Below are positions 13,409 to 28,522 of a DNA stretch of 64,000 nucleotides, piece by piece. Positions within the stretch are counted from its first letter, which is position 1; each line of letters starts with the position of its first letter. The notes beneath the pieces are model-generated. The model was given only the letters and a program-made list of their open reading frames with translations. It did no database searches and had not been told where the DNA came from. The stretch lies in NCBI RefSeq assembly GCF_009914755.1, contig NC_060927.1, one strand, 5' to 3'. This stretch comes from the human T2T-CHM13v2.0 reference genome, Homo sapiens. A program made the translations under genes and the position numbers.

Positions 13409-13590
13409 TCTCTTCTCTTCTCTTCTTTCTTTCTTTATCTTTCTCTCTCTCTCTTTCCTTCCTTCGTTTCTTTCTTCCTTCCTTTCTTTCCTTTCTTTCT
13501 TTCTCTTTCTTTCTTTCTTTCTCCTTCCTTCCTTCCTTCCTTCCTTCCTTCGTTCCTTCCTTCCTTCCTTCCTTCCCTCTCTTTCTTTTC
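13409..13590. repeat. Compound (TTTC)n/(TTCC)n polypyrimidine tract
   Basis: About 180 nt of nearly pure pyrimidine on the + strand. Confidence 0.95.
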
Positions 13591-15734
13591 TACAAAGGCT
13601 CAATACTAAATAGGATCAGTAGGTCCACTAGGCAGCTCAGACAAGGATAGACATTTATAAAGTACTCCAAGCTACAGAAAGGTGGTGCTAGAGACTCTTC
13701 TATTTCTGATGGGGTCTGGGGTCTGTAATGGAATAGCCATAGATTACTAAAGAGTAGACCATCCAAAGCAGGCATTTTCTCTCCAGTGATCCTGACAAGT
13801 GGTTATCCAGCCTCTGAAGGCTTCTGGTGAAAGAGAATCCACTGCTTCCTGCTCGGCCTCTCTGACTCTGGTAGAATCTAGTTAGAATGTGTTGAGGGAA
13901 AATCAGCTCCTCTAATCAGCTCCTCTTGAAGCTGTCACTTGTTGGTCCTAGTATTTTATTCTGTAGCTATACAGAATCAAGAATCTATTTATTAATTCAA
14001 CTACTATTTACTTCCTATTACTTGTCAAACACTCCAGAGCTAACATTTTTCTTTTTAAGGGCTTACTGTATGGCTGGAGAGGTAGAAAAGTAAAATCTCA
14101 ATTCCAGTATGATGTGGCAAGTGCTGCTGGAGTTAAACATGGAAAACTGTGGCCATGCAGAGAAATGCACCTCACTCAGATGAGGAGGCAGGGAAAATAC
14201 TGCAGAGAGTTTGAAAATCAAAAGTTTTTATGTCCTTCATTCCCATCCTCACTAGGCTAACTGTGCTTAGAGTATGCGACAGGCAGTGTGACAGGAAGTT
14301 GTAGACTCAGGAAACTTGAGTTCTAATCCCAGTTTTGCTGATATTGTCCCTACGTAACATTGGACAAGTTTAATTTATTAGCCATAGTAGAGAATGCAAA
14401 TAGCATCCTGTCATGTTATTTAGTCTTTGGAATTTCCAAAAAAGCAGTGAATGCACTCATTTGATAGCTCTGGCCCAGTATTTCCTCCTTTATTTCTCCT
14501 CATCCCTGGTTGGCCTGGAGTTGAAAATCAGTGCTTTATTCTCCCTGTGTCTGGGCTTTCTCATGTCTCACTCTACCCCTCTTCCAAGCCATAGGCCTAT
14601 ATTGGTCTGTCCCTTAGCTTGTGCCTGAAATGTTCTCAACAATCATTAAATGAAAAGCATGCTTACAGAAACCCACAGAAATTGTGAATGTACACAGGCA
14701 CATTGGAAGTTGCCCCCAGGTATGTTGCCATTGACCAGGACAACAAAGATGACTAAGGGAGTGTCTGCCCACTCCTATGTGGAAATAATGTTGTATTTGT
14801 CTGGAAGCCAGTGAAAAAATTATGTTGAAATGGCCTCATGACAGGCTATTTTGTACCCCAACTGTCTTAATACCTCAAATTCTTTATCTTTTAACTTCTC
14901 GGAACCCAGATTTTTTTTTTTTTCACTGATCCATGGAGTGATTTTTAGAAAAAGGCTAATGACCCTGACCTCAGAGTCTGATGAGCCTGTGAGAAATGGG
15001 ATAGGCATTACTCCCACCTACTTCAGCTAAGCTCTGATAATTTTCTTAGAGCTAAAATGAAATGAAAATTTTGGCTGAGTGGGTTATCTCACTATCATTG
15101 GAGGGAAATCTCTTAACGATGGAATATGCAATCTAGTCTCTAGGTCCAGTTACATAAAATATTATTTTTCCTGGATTGGGAAAAATGTAATTGCCGTTTG
15201 TTCAGCCTGTTTGGATAAAATTTTACAGTCAAAGCCACTCTTTCTTGGGAGTTTTTATATTGTACAGAACTTAAATAAGAACTTAGACTAAAAGGGACGG
15301 TGACTTCCCTGATTTTTGGGATTTGAATGACTCTTGTGTGTAGTAGGGTGAGTAGTAATCGAGGGTAGGGCCCAGATAGTAGCACTGAGACTTCTCTGTG
15401 ACTCTGGTATCAGAGCACAGAATTTCTAATGTACTTTCAGTAAACTTTGACCACTGATTCAAATTTTTGCAAAATAATCTCCAGGATTTGCTACCTTCTC
15501 TCTTTTCCCTAGACTGAAAAAGGTGAGGCTTGTCCCTCAACTTGGAAATAGGTATTTCTTACCAATTTAAAAACATTTGAAGATAATCAATTAATTTTGA
15601 TAACATTTAAAAGCATATGAACAGTTAATTCCCACCTTAAATTGAATTTTGACCTGTGCTTTTTTTTTCTTATAAAAATAAATAATAAACAAGAATCACT
15701 AAGTTTTCCCAAGGGCATTTCTTGATAATGTAAT

Positions 15735-15736
<2 letters not shown>

Positions 15737-15782
<46 letters not shown>
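15737..15782. repeat. (GT)23 microsatellite
   Basis: Read directly. Confidence 0.97.
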
Positions 15783-15785
<3 letters not shown>

Positions 15786-18700
15786 AAGTCATTATTGACT
15801 AACAATTGTAATCCACAAAACCATGCATTCATCAAATATTTATTGAGGTTAAGGCACTGCATGTATTTATGTCTTCTGATTGCTCTAAGTAGAAGGGAAC
15901 AGAATCACCTGCAGTGAAGTCTGAGGCCTTTTTCTTTTTAGCTGAACTTCAAATCAATCTTCTACTTGACAACTTGACTTAAACAACAAACAGCATACAT
16001 ACAGTGTTATTTCAATACAGATCCAAACAATCTTAATAGAATAACCATGCAATGAGCATGAATATGTGTACATCCCTGTTTTAGATGTTTTAGTCATATA
16101 GAGCCAAGCAACACAGTTCCTGCTATAACTACTACATGCTCTAGTAGCAAGGATAAGTCAAGTATATATACAGCTATATTATAAGGTGCAATAAGGATAT
16201 GCCAGTGGAGACGAATTGACAATAAAGAGAATTCATACAGTTGTGACTGCATCTGGGCAACACAAAGGAAATAGTATAAGACGAGACCTTTGGAAGATAG
16301 TAACAGGTGGGAAGTTGGGATGTGAAGAAAGGGTTAGAGGGAAAGGCTATTCCAGGGAGAAGGTATAGCAAGAATAAAGCCATATGGTCAGGAAAGAAAT
16401 TCAGAGAACAATCAGCAGATGTGGTTTTGCTTGAATATAATGAAGGTATTGTGGATGTGATAAAGTTAGAGATTGGGGCAAATAGGAGAGGCTTTGAATG
16501 CCAGTGTAAAATGTTTGTATTTTCTTGGTGGCAATAAAGCTACTGTTGTATTTTAAATAGGGAAATGCATCCATTTTAAATGAGGAAGGGCATCCAATTG
16601 TTATTTCACACACACAAACACACACAGATTTTGCCATGCCCTCTATAGGTCCATCACTATGTAAACTGTTGAGGATTCAAAGAAAATAGACAATCTCATA
16701 CCTCAAAGTCTTCAGTGGGGAAGAGAGGCAAATACAATAATTTTCATAAGTATTGTAGGGATATCTTGTTCAGACACCTAGGGGAATCATAGAAAGCTTC
16801 TTAAAGGAAGTGAACCTTAAGCATTGGTTGGTTAAGGGCTTTCTAGATGCAAAAAAAATGAGAAGTGCTACTCCAATAAGACTCTTGAAACAGTATATGT
16901 GATGATAACACAAGGAACACTGAGAGGGGAAGGCAAGGTAAGGAGGGTGTGAAGGGAGGCCAGTGAAGAGGCTGCCACGATAGAATTGGTAAGAGGGAAT
17001 GAAAGGCTGAGCGATGGAAATGGCTGTGAAGATGAAGAGGTGGTGGCCCCCATGGATGTGGCACAACAGCAGATCTTGATTTGGTGCTGGAAGTAGGGGG
17101 TTGTGGTTGGAATTGCAGAAGTGGAAGAGCATTTTAAAAAAGTTAAAATGGATAAGACTGGAATTCTGAAGGGGGAAGAAGGATGTCATTAGTAGGCATG
17201 TGGCAGTCAGGAGAAGCTGGTTTCAAAGGAATTGTGTGAAATTTAGTGTTGAGTGACTACTAGAAAGCAGAATAGGCAACTTCCCATAAAATTGAGTTGT
17301 GAGCAAAAATTCTTGGGCTCTGATGTCATGGTTTTCCTCCTTTTTTTCTCCTGGAAAATTCCAAGTCATAAGACAAGTGCCCAAATATTGCCTCAAGCAT
17401 GCTTTAAAGTACTGATGTCTAAGGGATTTCATTTTAGGAAAAGCTTAATAGATCATGTGTATTAATCATAAAGTGTAAAAACAAGACATTGTTAACAATC
17501 CCTAGTCTCTTCCTTGGCTTGGCTCATGGCTGTTCTAAATAATACCTTGGGATTATTTATGATGACAGGTTTGGCATTCTGCTTGGAACATATACATGCC
17601 CCCTTAAGCAAGCTGCTTCCTTGGGAAGAGACCAAGAGAGGCAGGGTTTTTCGAAACACCTAATTTTCATTTCTTCCTCCTTTCTTTTTTTTTTAGTTAG
17701 TGGATAAAATGAGTGATTACTGGACAACGTATATATTTTTTAATGACTCCAGATGCTTTCGGGATGAATCATAGTAGCCTCCTCTCTTTGCCTCCTTGTT
17801 ACTTCATTTCTAACTCCATTTCTGTCTCCACTATAATTGCAGCACTGGGTGAGACGCTGCTCGAGGAGGAATTAGCTGAACTGTGGTGGTTTGGCAACAG
17901 AAAGATAGAGGAAGTAACATGGAACAGGAGGTCTGTGAGAAATGTGCAGCCATGTGGCTTTCTGCCCAACCAAGGCAGCTTTCCCTACAATCCCCAGCCC
18001 TCCAAGGGCTTTTAAAGCATTGAGTGTGTGATGGGGGTAAGTCCGTATGCTGCACTTACTCCAAACATAATTATCAAGCTATAAAGGAGACACCTTAAAC
18101 ACACACATACGCACACAACACCTCATACCATAAGATCCCAGGGGAATTTCAAAACCACATACATATTTCAAAAAACAGTAAATTCAAAATAAAGAGAGGA
18201 ATTGATTTGGGTGGTCTGATAGTTTGGTGGAAAAAATGCAGTCAATAAGATTAAGAATCAGAATAAATACAGCTCTATGCTATTAGAAAAAAGCTTCATT
18301 TTTTAAAATGTGTTTTTTCATTTTTGATTCAAGTCTTACCAAATCAAAATGTGTCACTCATCAGATGTTTGCAGTGAACACGTTTGGACAGTATACAGAA
18401 TAGAGAAGATTAAATCAAAGTTTAACGTCTTGAAGTGCTGAAAGTCAATTAATTAATTAGAAAGATAATTGTTGGAATTATGTATAGGCAACTTAAATCC
18501 AAAAAAGAAAATTAATATATTAAGGAGCATGAGAAGCATCAATCCATGAATTCAAATGTATTTTACAGCTTTACGAGTCCAATCCCACATTGTTGGAATC
18601 ACTATTATGTTAGCTGGCAGGATGGAAACTGGTGTCTGCTTCAACTTACTCAAAAATGGGGAACTCACTACCTCCTCAGCCAGCATATTCTGTTTTTAAA

Positions 18701-19814
18701 TAAGATATAGCTGTTACAAACTTCTGTTTTTACAAATCTGATTCATCAGTGCTTCTTTTGCCTCTGAAGCCACGTCAAAGCCTATTTCTTTGTATCCATA
18801 AGCACCTTTCAGATTTGTGAGCATTACATCATTTCCTTTCTCAGGCTTTGTGTCTGCAGGCTGATCAACCCTCTTTCCAGAGGACTTCCACTCCTATGCA
18901 GGATGTTAAAGCCTCTGCCACCATGCTCCTTCCACATGCCCTTTGTTGCTTGATTAGGCTTGGTGGCTTTTCTTTCCACAATATTCTGCCTTTGTAGAGT
19001 TAAAATGATGCTTTGACCCCAAGTCTCAGGAGCAGTGAAGGGCCTGGGTAACCTATTGCCTGGGTTATCAGGTGAATCTTCCCAAGGTGAGCATTTGGGC
19101 AGTGGTTGCTCGAGTGCCCTGGGTGGAGAGAGAGCAGCAGGGGTCTACAGGTCAGGAGTCTGGATTCTCACAGGCCTGTGTCTTCTAACCCAGTTCCAAG
19201 TGCTGGAAGCCGGTGCTGGAAAGCAGATTGCTTTACGTACTGTGAGCAGATTGTGTAACCAGACCCATAATGTCCCTTGTCAGTAATGGGCTAAATGATG
19301 CTATGAACAATGCCAATTTCTATCCATCTCTGTAGTCCATATGCTTGTTAAATAAGGTTAAATGTGGCATCATGGAGGAAAAAAGGTACTTAGGACTTAG
19401 GAAACCTAAACCTAAATTCTTGTTCTGGCAAGCATCAAGATCTAACATAGCCTCAGTTTCTTCCATCTGAAAACATCTCCTATGCTTCTGTGTGTCAAGT
19501 ATTGTGCCAGAGCTCTATAAACTTTGTCTCTCACATTCAAAGCACTGTAATCCAGGTGTCATCACCACCACTTGACAGCCATGTCCTGGAATTTGAAACC
19601 AGGTCTGCCTGTGATCTTCTTTTCTCTTCCATCACCCCCTTGCTAAAATGAGGCAGAGGGACTAGAACTCGTATATACCCATGTATAATATGCCATTTCC
19701 AGTCCCAAGTACTTATGCTCATATTCCTAAGAAGTGTATATATTGCATACAAGAGCAAAACTCCATAAATGAAACCTGTTAAAATGTATTTGACATCAGA
19801 GTTGTTCTAGTGGT

Positions 19815-20036
19815 GGAGGTAGGCAAACTTTTTCTCTAAAGGACTAGATAGTAAATATCGTAGATTTTATGAACTATACAGTATCTGCTTCAACTGCTAA
19901 CTCTGATGTTGTAGAGTGAAAGCAACCACAGGCAATATATAAATGAATGAATACACCTGTGTTCCAATAAATCTTTATTTACAATAACAGGCAATGGGCT
20001 TGATTTGGCCAGCAGATCCTAGTTTGCCAACCTTTT
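19815..20036 (-). mobile_element. MER58A (hAT-Charlie)
   Basis: ggcaaactttttctctaaaggactagatagtaaatat...ctgtgttccaataaa...tagtttgccaacc. Confidence 0.85.
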
Positions 20037-20224
20037 CCTGAAGAGAGTGGAGAGTCAGAATAGTGGAGAACAACTCTTGGTGGGCCCTATTCTATCCTGT
20101 TCAACTTTCTATGCATGATTCAGTTGAAGGTAGAGATCACAACTGGGAAATCTGCAAATTCCAGGACATCAGGAATGTTCTCTAATATACGTTATGACAT
20201 AATTGGGGTGCAGAAAGAGGCAAG

Positions 20225-20475
20225 TATGCCCTAGTGCTTAGGATTATTGTCTTTGGAGTCAGGTGGACCTTCATTCAGATTGTAGCTCTATAATTATCTA
20301 TTTGGAGAAACTAATTTGTGTAAATTATTCAATCTCTCTAAACCTTATTTTTTCTCATCTGTAAATGGACATAATTTTACCTTTCTCAAGGGTTGTTGTG
20401 AGGATTAAATTAGATGATGTATATAAAGTATTTAGAACAATGCTGAACATAGTGAGCCCTCAATGAAAGGTAGTA
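20225..20475 (+). mobile_element. MIR
   Basis: ctttggagtcagg...tctcatctgtaaatgg...gggttgttgtgaggattaaattagatgatgtatataaag. Confidence 0.85.
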
Positions 20476-21050
20476 TGAAAAACCTCACTGAATTAAGAAC
20501 AGAAACAAAGGAAAACACCCAGTTTGGAGGAGAAATGGCATAAACTAATTTATCAGGAAGAGGCAGAATACCCTGACTACTAATTCAGGTTGTTTCTAGA
20601 CACTCACTATCAACGTATAGATTGTGACTTTGGATGAAACAGTACAGGGAGGTAATTCCTTCTCTAATAAGATGTTTATGAAAAGTTATAGGGGTGTATG
20701 AATGAACGGGAAAACTGAATGTAGTCCTTCAGATAGGCAGAAGAGTTAGAGGAAAAGTTAGAATATTTGGTAGATCACGGGTCTTTATCTGGAAAACCTC
20801 TGAGCGGGATTGGTAGCCACTTCCCATTATGGTATGGTTGGATAGAATTCCTGCTGTGGAAAATAAGAGGGATTAGTGATATTAGACTATCTCTTTTGTA
20901 GCTCAGGGACTTATCTGTTAACATATATCTCATATCAGCACCTGTTGTTTAGCCCTGTTGTAAACAACAGGACTAGCACCATAGTGGTTAGTGAAGAGTG
21001 TAGAGTGAAAGCAGCCACGGGCAATATAGAAGTGAATGAATGCACCTGTG

Positions 21051-21150
21051 GATATACATAAATGAATGGAATAATATATATAAATGAATGGATATATATA
21101 AATGAATGGAATAATATATATAAATGAATGGATATATATAAATGAATGGA
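21051..21150. repeat. Minisatellite, 2.5 copies of a 40-bp unit with 18/22-bp subunits
   Basis: gatata(c/t)ataaatgaatggaataatatatataaatgaatg repeated. Confidence 0.9.
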
Positions 21151-21656
21151 AGACATTTTAGATGACGAACTAGGACTTACTGAACATTGACTTCTTTCCG
21201 TATAGGATAAAATGTTTTTTGTAAGTATGAGTGTCATGAATGAGAGGAGACTCAGTTCATATAACATGTGTATTAATAATAGGAATTGAAAAACTTAGAG
21301 CTTTTTTATGCCCCTCTTTCCTACTTTATCTTGTATCTTTCCACTCCTCTAAGCTGCAGCATTGAGACCCATATCTAAAACTTCTCTACATGCACCTAAA
21401 CAGGACCAATGGAAACCTATGCACATGGAGGCCAACAAGAAGCTTGGGGAAGGTAAAGGGAAGGTGATTGCCATAACAGAAAGAACACAGGACTCGAAGA
21501 CAGATAGCCTGGGTTAAAGCTGTAACCCTACCATGGCTATTTCTCTTACCTGAGGCAAATTAATTCACCTCTCTGAGTCTTGGATTTGCTCTGTAATATA
21601 TGAATGATACTATCTGCATCATAGCGTTGTATTAAAGATTAAGGGATATAATACAT

Positions 21657-22350
21657 GTAGCAGACAGTTTTGATTGCCTACCCAACAATCACTTATGCCC
21701 TTCCCCCATCCTAAGCAGAACCACTTTTAACTACGTATCTATTCTCCTTCGGGAGACCCATGAGATTCAGGAAAGGTGGTCTGCAGCCCCAGGAGAAGAA
21801 TGATGGCAAGCTCTCCTACATGTCAGTTAGTGTCTTAGCCATGACTGTATGACCCAATTCAGGCCCAATAACTGACATGTTATAGGACTTGCCATCAACC
21901 AAATGCTGTTAAAATGTCTTTACATACATTAACTCATTTAACACACTATAAGGTAGATACTATTATTCATTTCACAAATGAGGAAGCTAACGAATAGAGA
22001 GGTTAAGGAACTGCTTCAAGGAAACACAGCTAATAAATGGTAAAGCAAGGTCCACACCTAGGAGTCTGATCCCAGACTATGTGCTCCTAACCACTGAGCA
22101 ATATCACTTCCCACAAATGTGAAAATCTCCTAGTAAACTTAAGGAAAACATGTTCTTTATTGATTAAAAAAATGGGAAGAAGTCCTACATTGTTGGGTCT
22201 GTATGTGAAACTTCGTACACCTTTAGCCATGTTACTACCCTGAGAGGAACTACAGTGAAATGTAGAGGACAGCAAAACAGAAAGATGAAAATATTTTTTG
22301 TTTAAAAATGTCATTTATATCCTGAGCCAATCACCCATTGAACTATGTTA
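21657..22350 (+). mobile_element. Old MLT1 LTR apparently split by an antisense MIR (~21900-22095)
   Basis: tgtagcagacag...tgacccaattcaggcccaat | MIR core cacaaatgaggaagct...gaggttaagg | agccatgttactaccctgag...cagaaagatg. Confidence 0.55.
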
Positions 22351-22536
22351 TCGTGGATGCATATGTGTGTGTGTGCACGTGAGTGTGTATAAGAGATATG
22401 GAGACATTTTTTATCCTAATTATATGACATGTAATTTTATAAATATAAAATCATAATATAAGAAGTATTTTTTTCATCTTTCTTAATGTATAAATCCAAG
22501 CTAAAGCTATGGTAAGCTTGTTTTCACAAAGATTGA

Positions 22537-22956
<420 letters not shown>

Positions 22957-25029
22957 TGAGGTTTTTAAATATTTGCAAATAGACCGAAAAAGTTTCTCAA
23001 CCCAGGGCAATGTCAGTAGGCATAATAGTCCTTTCCAAAAAAAAAAAAAAAAAAAAAAAGGCAGCAGCATAGGTAGTGGAATCTTAGGCATCAGTGGATA
23101 ACATGGTGTTATTTTGGGCAGTGGGTCAGCCAGGTGCTCCATAAGTCATATCTTGTAGGCGTTTGTTCTTTCAGCAAGCCAGGCCAGCTCTGGTTGCTAC
23201 TTCTACATACTCTTCTAACACCTGTATTTGCCTGAACATGCAGTTCAAAAGACAGAGAGAGTGGGGGAGAGGGTATTAAACGTGTATTTTGTGCCTCATT
23301 TTTTGTCCCATTTCCTCTTCCATCTCTCTCCTTTTTGTTAATTCTTTCTTCCTCTCTCCCCCTTTTCTCTCGTTCTCTCTTCTCTCTCTGTCTTCTTCTC
23401 TCCCTTTCCTCTATTCCTCTCTCTGCCTTTCTTTCATAACTGCTTTAATAAAATGATATTTTCTGTGTTTTCTACACAATGCCTTGGGCATTTCAAGAAA
23501 TACCTTTCCCATCTCTCTGTTTTGATTACTCTGAACAAGGATACACAGCTGGCCCCTTTTCTTTTCGCATAAAACCACAATCCACTAAGCAAATCACTGC
23601 TTTTCACTCTGCTGGCTGGAGGGAGAAAGGATCAGATAGGTGAGATGAGGATGTGGAAGGGGGGATGGGAAGATAATGACAGATTTGATGATAGTTAATA
23701 TTTTCTGTGTCTGAATAGTGAAAGTCTCATCCAAGTCCCCAGCCAAGCTCAAGTTAAACTCTTAGTGTGTGGGTTTAAGTGCTCTGCAACCTTGCATGCT
23801 GGGGCTGGTTTAGATGAAGTGATGCTGTATATGTGGAATTTTGTGGTTCTTTTTTTATTATCATTACCGAGTAAACCATTCATATCTAAAAAGGAAACTT
23901 TAAATCAACCCACTCTCAAGGTGAAATAATGTATTGGGTCTGAGTTACGTAGCCCATAATTTAAATTACCAGAGAGTTTATGTATTAATTATTAAAGGTT
24001 TTGGAGTTCCTTGACCACTCATTTTCATGCTTACATAAAACCTCAATTATTCGTGCTTCATATTTGTGCCAGTTTTTTAAAGCAGTGGTACATCTCAGAT
24101 TTGATAGACTGGTAATGGTTTTCATGTCCATTGAAATGACATTCAGCTTCTACCAGAGTTGAGGACTGGAAATGCCTCCTATGTGACTCTCATGTTTTAT
24201 TCCAGTGTTTCTTTCAAAAAGGCAATGTGTCATCTCTTTTATATCAGTAATAGAAATTAAGAAACAAACAAGATTTTCTCTAATATGATTTGTTGGAAAT
24301 TTTTGATTCTGTGATATCAGAGTGCTTTAATTTTAATAAATGTGTTTTAAAAGAGAGTAACTGAATACATTTAGGGTTTATTTGCTATGAAATTAACATT
24401 TATAGAGGTTCTCTTAAAAATAATATTGGGTGGCTCATGAAAGTCCAGAGAGAAGGTTTTCTGTTGGGGAACGATCAGCAGTGACTGGTCAGTTGTTGAT
24501 TTCATAAACATTTGTTAAATCTACATGAGGCAAGGGATTATCACCATATCATTTTATTTAATCTTTACGATAATCCGGAAGGTAAACAATTATTTTCTTC
24601 CTTTAAAATCAGAAAAACGTGAGGCACGAGGAGACTAAGTTGGTTACTTGTCTAGATCACAGAGCTAGTAACTAGCAGAGCTCTAGAGTCCAAACCTGAG
24701 TCTTGTGTTAAATAAATCCAAGATGTGGATACAGGCGTTAGTACTTTAAATTTACTTTGCCATTTTTATGTTATTGAACAGATAAGATGACTGGAGACTT
24801 TTCCCTTGGCCTATTACCAGATTGTATGAAAATCAGGGACAGGGCAATGATATTTAACAAAAATGAATGCACCGATGCACCAATATTACAAGGACATGTA
24901 TCCTCTGTAGTCTCACCCACGTTTCCCAGGTTTGGATAAATGTTTCTCCATTAAAGTTGGGAAGGACATTTTCTGCTTGCATCCCTCCCCGCATTTTTCT
25001 TTTCCCTTTTGAATTCCTCACTTTTACTT

Positions 25030-26171
<1,142 letters not shown>

Positions 26172-26879
26172 TAGGCTGCTATGGAGCTCCCCTCAGTGAC
26201 ACTGCACCTGTTCTGTGTGTTTTAGAGATGGAAGGGCCCTTTGAGGACATCTTTTCTGACTTGTTCCATAGAATCACACACATAAAACAAAGTGTTCAGT
26301 GCTCCAAGTAAATGAAGGAATACCAGATTGCATAAAGCTAAGTAGATTTCTTACTGATACCTTTCCAGATTATTAGACTAATGTCCATTGTGAATGTCTG
26401 AAAGAGCAAAGCGTTTCCTAACATTTTTGATCACAGAGCACTTTCTTCATAGAGCCTTTTTCACATCAATATTACAGACATTGTACATAATTTCTTTCTC
26501 AGAGTAATTCTTTAAGGTGGGTAGTAACTCTGTTTTATCTGAGAATCAAAAAGGCTGATTCACTTGCTCGAGGTCCTACAACTCGAATTGTCCAGTTGTA
26601 TTCAAACTCAAGTCTCCTGACTCCAAAGCCTGTGATTTTCCCCTTAGACGATTCTGCCTTGTACTATCTCCATAGAGACTTCTCTCACTTTCCACACATG
26701 CTAGTTTATTTTTTTTTCTGAGTACAATATTTCACTTATATCAGTTTGTAGTAGACACTTTTGAGGGATGTTGTCTCCTGCATGTTAGTCTTGCCTGAGT
26801 GAGGTCCCTGCTCTCAAAGATGGAGCTTCAGAAGTCTTGTTCTGACCCTTCTCTTGACTTAATTTGTACAATTTACCTT

Positions 26880-27320
26880 CAAGCTCACTCTGCTAGAAAC
26901 ATGCTGGCTTCCTTGGTACTTCTTTTAAAATGCCAAAAAAATGCTTCTGGTTTCAGCCTTAAATTTGCTGTCCTCTCTGCTTAGAATGCTATTCCCCAGA
27001 TACCACATAATCACTCCCTCTTTTTTTTTAGATCTCAGATCAAATGTCACCTTCCCAGAACACTGACCACCCTATGAAAAACAGGAACTTTCCCACTGCA
27101 TTAGTCTTGTTGCTTTACTCTGTTTTATTTTTTTTATATCATATCCTTCTGCCACATAGTATATATTTGTTCACTTCCTTCCTGTCTCCATGCCAGAAGG
27201 TAAGCTGTATGAGAACTGAGATTTGGTTTTGTTCACTGATGCATCCTCTGTGTCTACAACAATGCCAATCCAGAGTAGGAGCTCAACAAATAGTTGTTGA
27301 AGGCAATTAAGTGAATGCAT
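26880..27320 (+). mobile_element. L2 3' end
   Basis: tttgctgtcctctctgcttagaatgct...caaatgtcaccttc...gtaggagctcaacaaatagttgttgaa. Confidence 0.8.
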
Positions 27321-27779
27321 GTTTATTTCATATTACCTCCTACTTCCAGGACATAGGGGCAGATATCTCTCTCAAGCAGGATCAATCAGATTCTCCTGCC
27401 TATGTATTTGGAATTGGGACTGAGAGATACTAGTCAGGATTTGAGAATTGGGACTGGGAGAAGGATGGGAAAACACATAACCTCAGATTTGTAGGCCAGC
27501 CACATGCATATGGAAACAGAGGAATGTCTCTGATCTCTTGTCAAAGAGAGAATAAGGTACAGTTAGTTGCACACAGGAAAGTTCAGACATAGGAAACCAT
27601 ATGACCAGAGACAGAGAGAGATGAAATGACAGCAGGCTTCCTTGGTAGCTTCCTACTTTCTTTTCTTTATCTGTTATGAGGCCAGGCTCCAGTTCTCTGT
27701 CAGGTGATGGGAGGCACTCCTGTATCCTTCTAACGAACTCCTCTTTTTCACTTGGGTCAGCTTGGGTGATTTAATTGTA

Positions 27780-28522
<743 letters not shown>

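Noticed and set aside
21051-21150. CRISPR-like repeat pattern
   Set aside because: No unique spacers; a simple tandem minisatellite in mammalian DNA.
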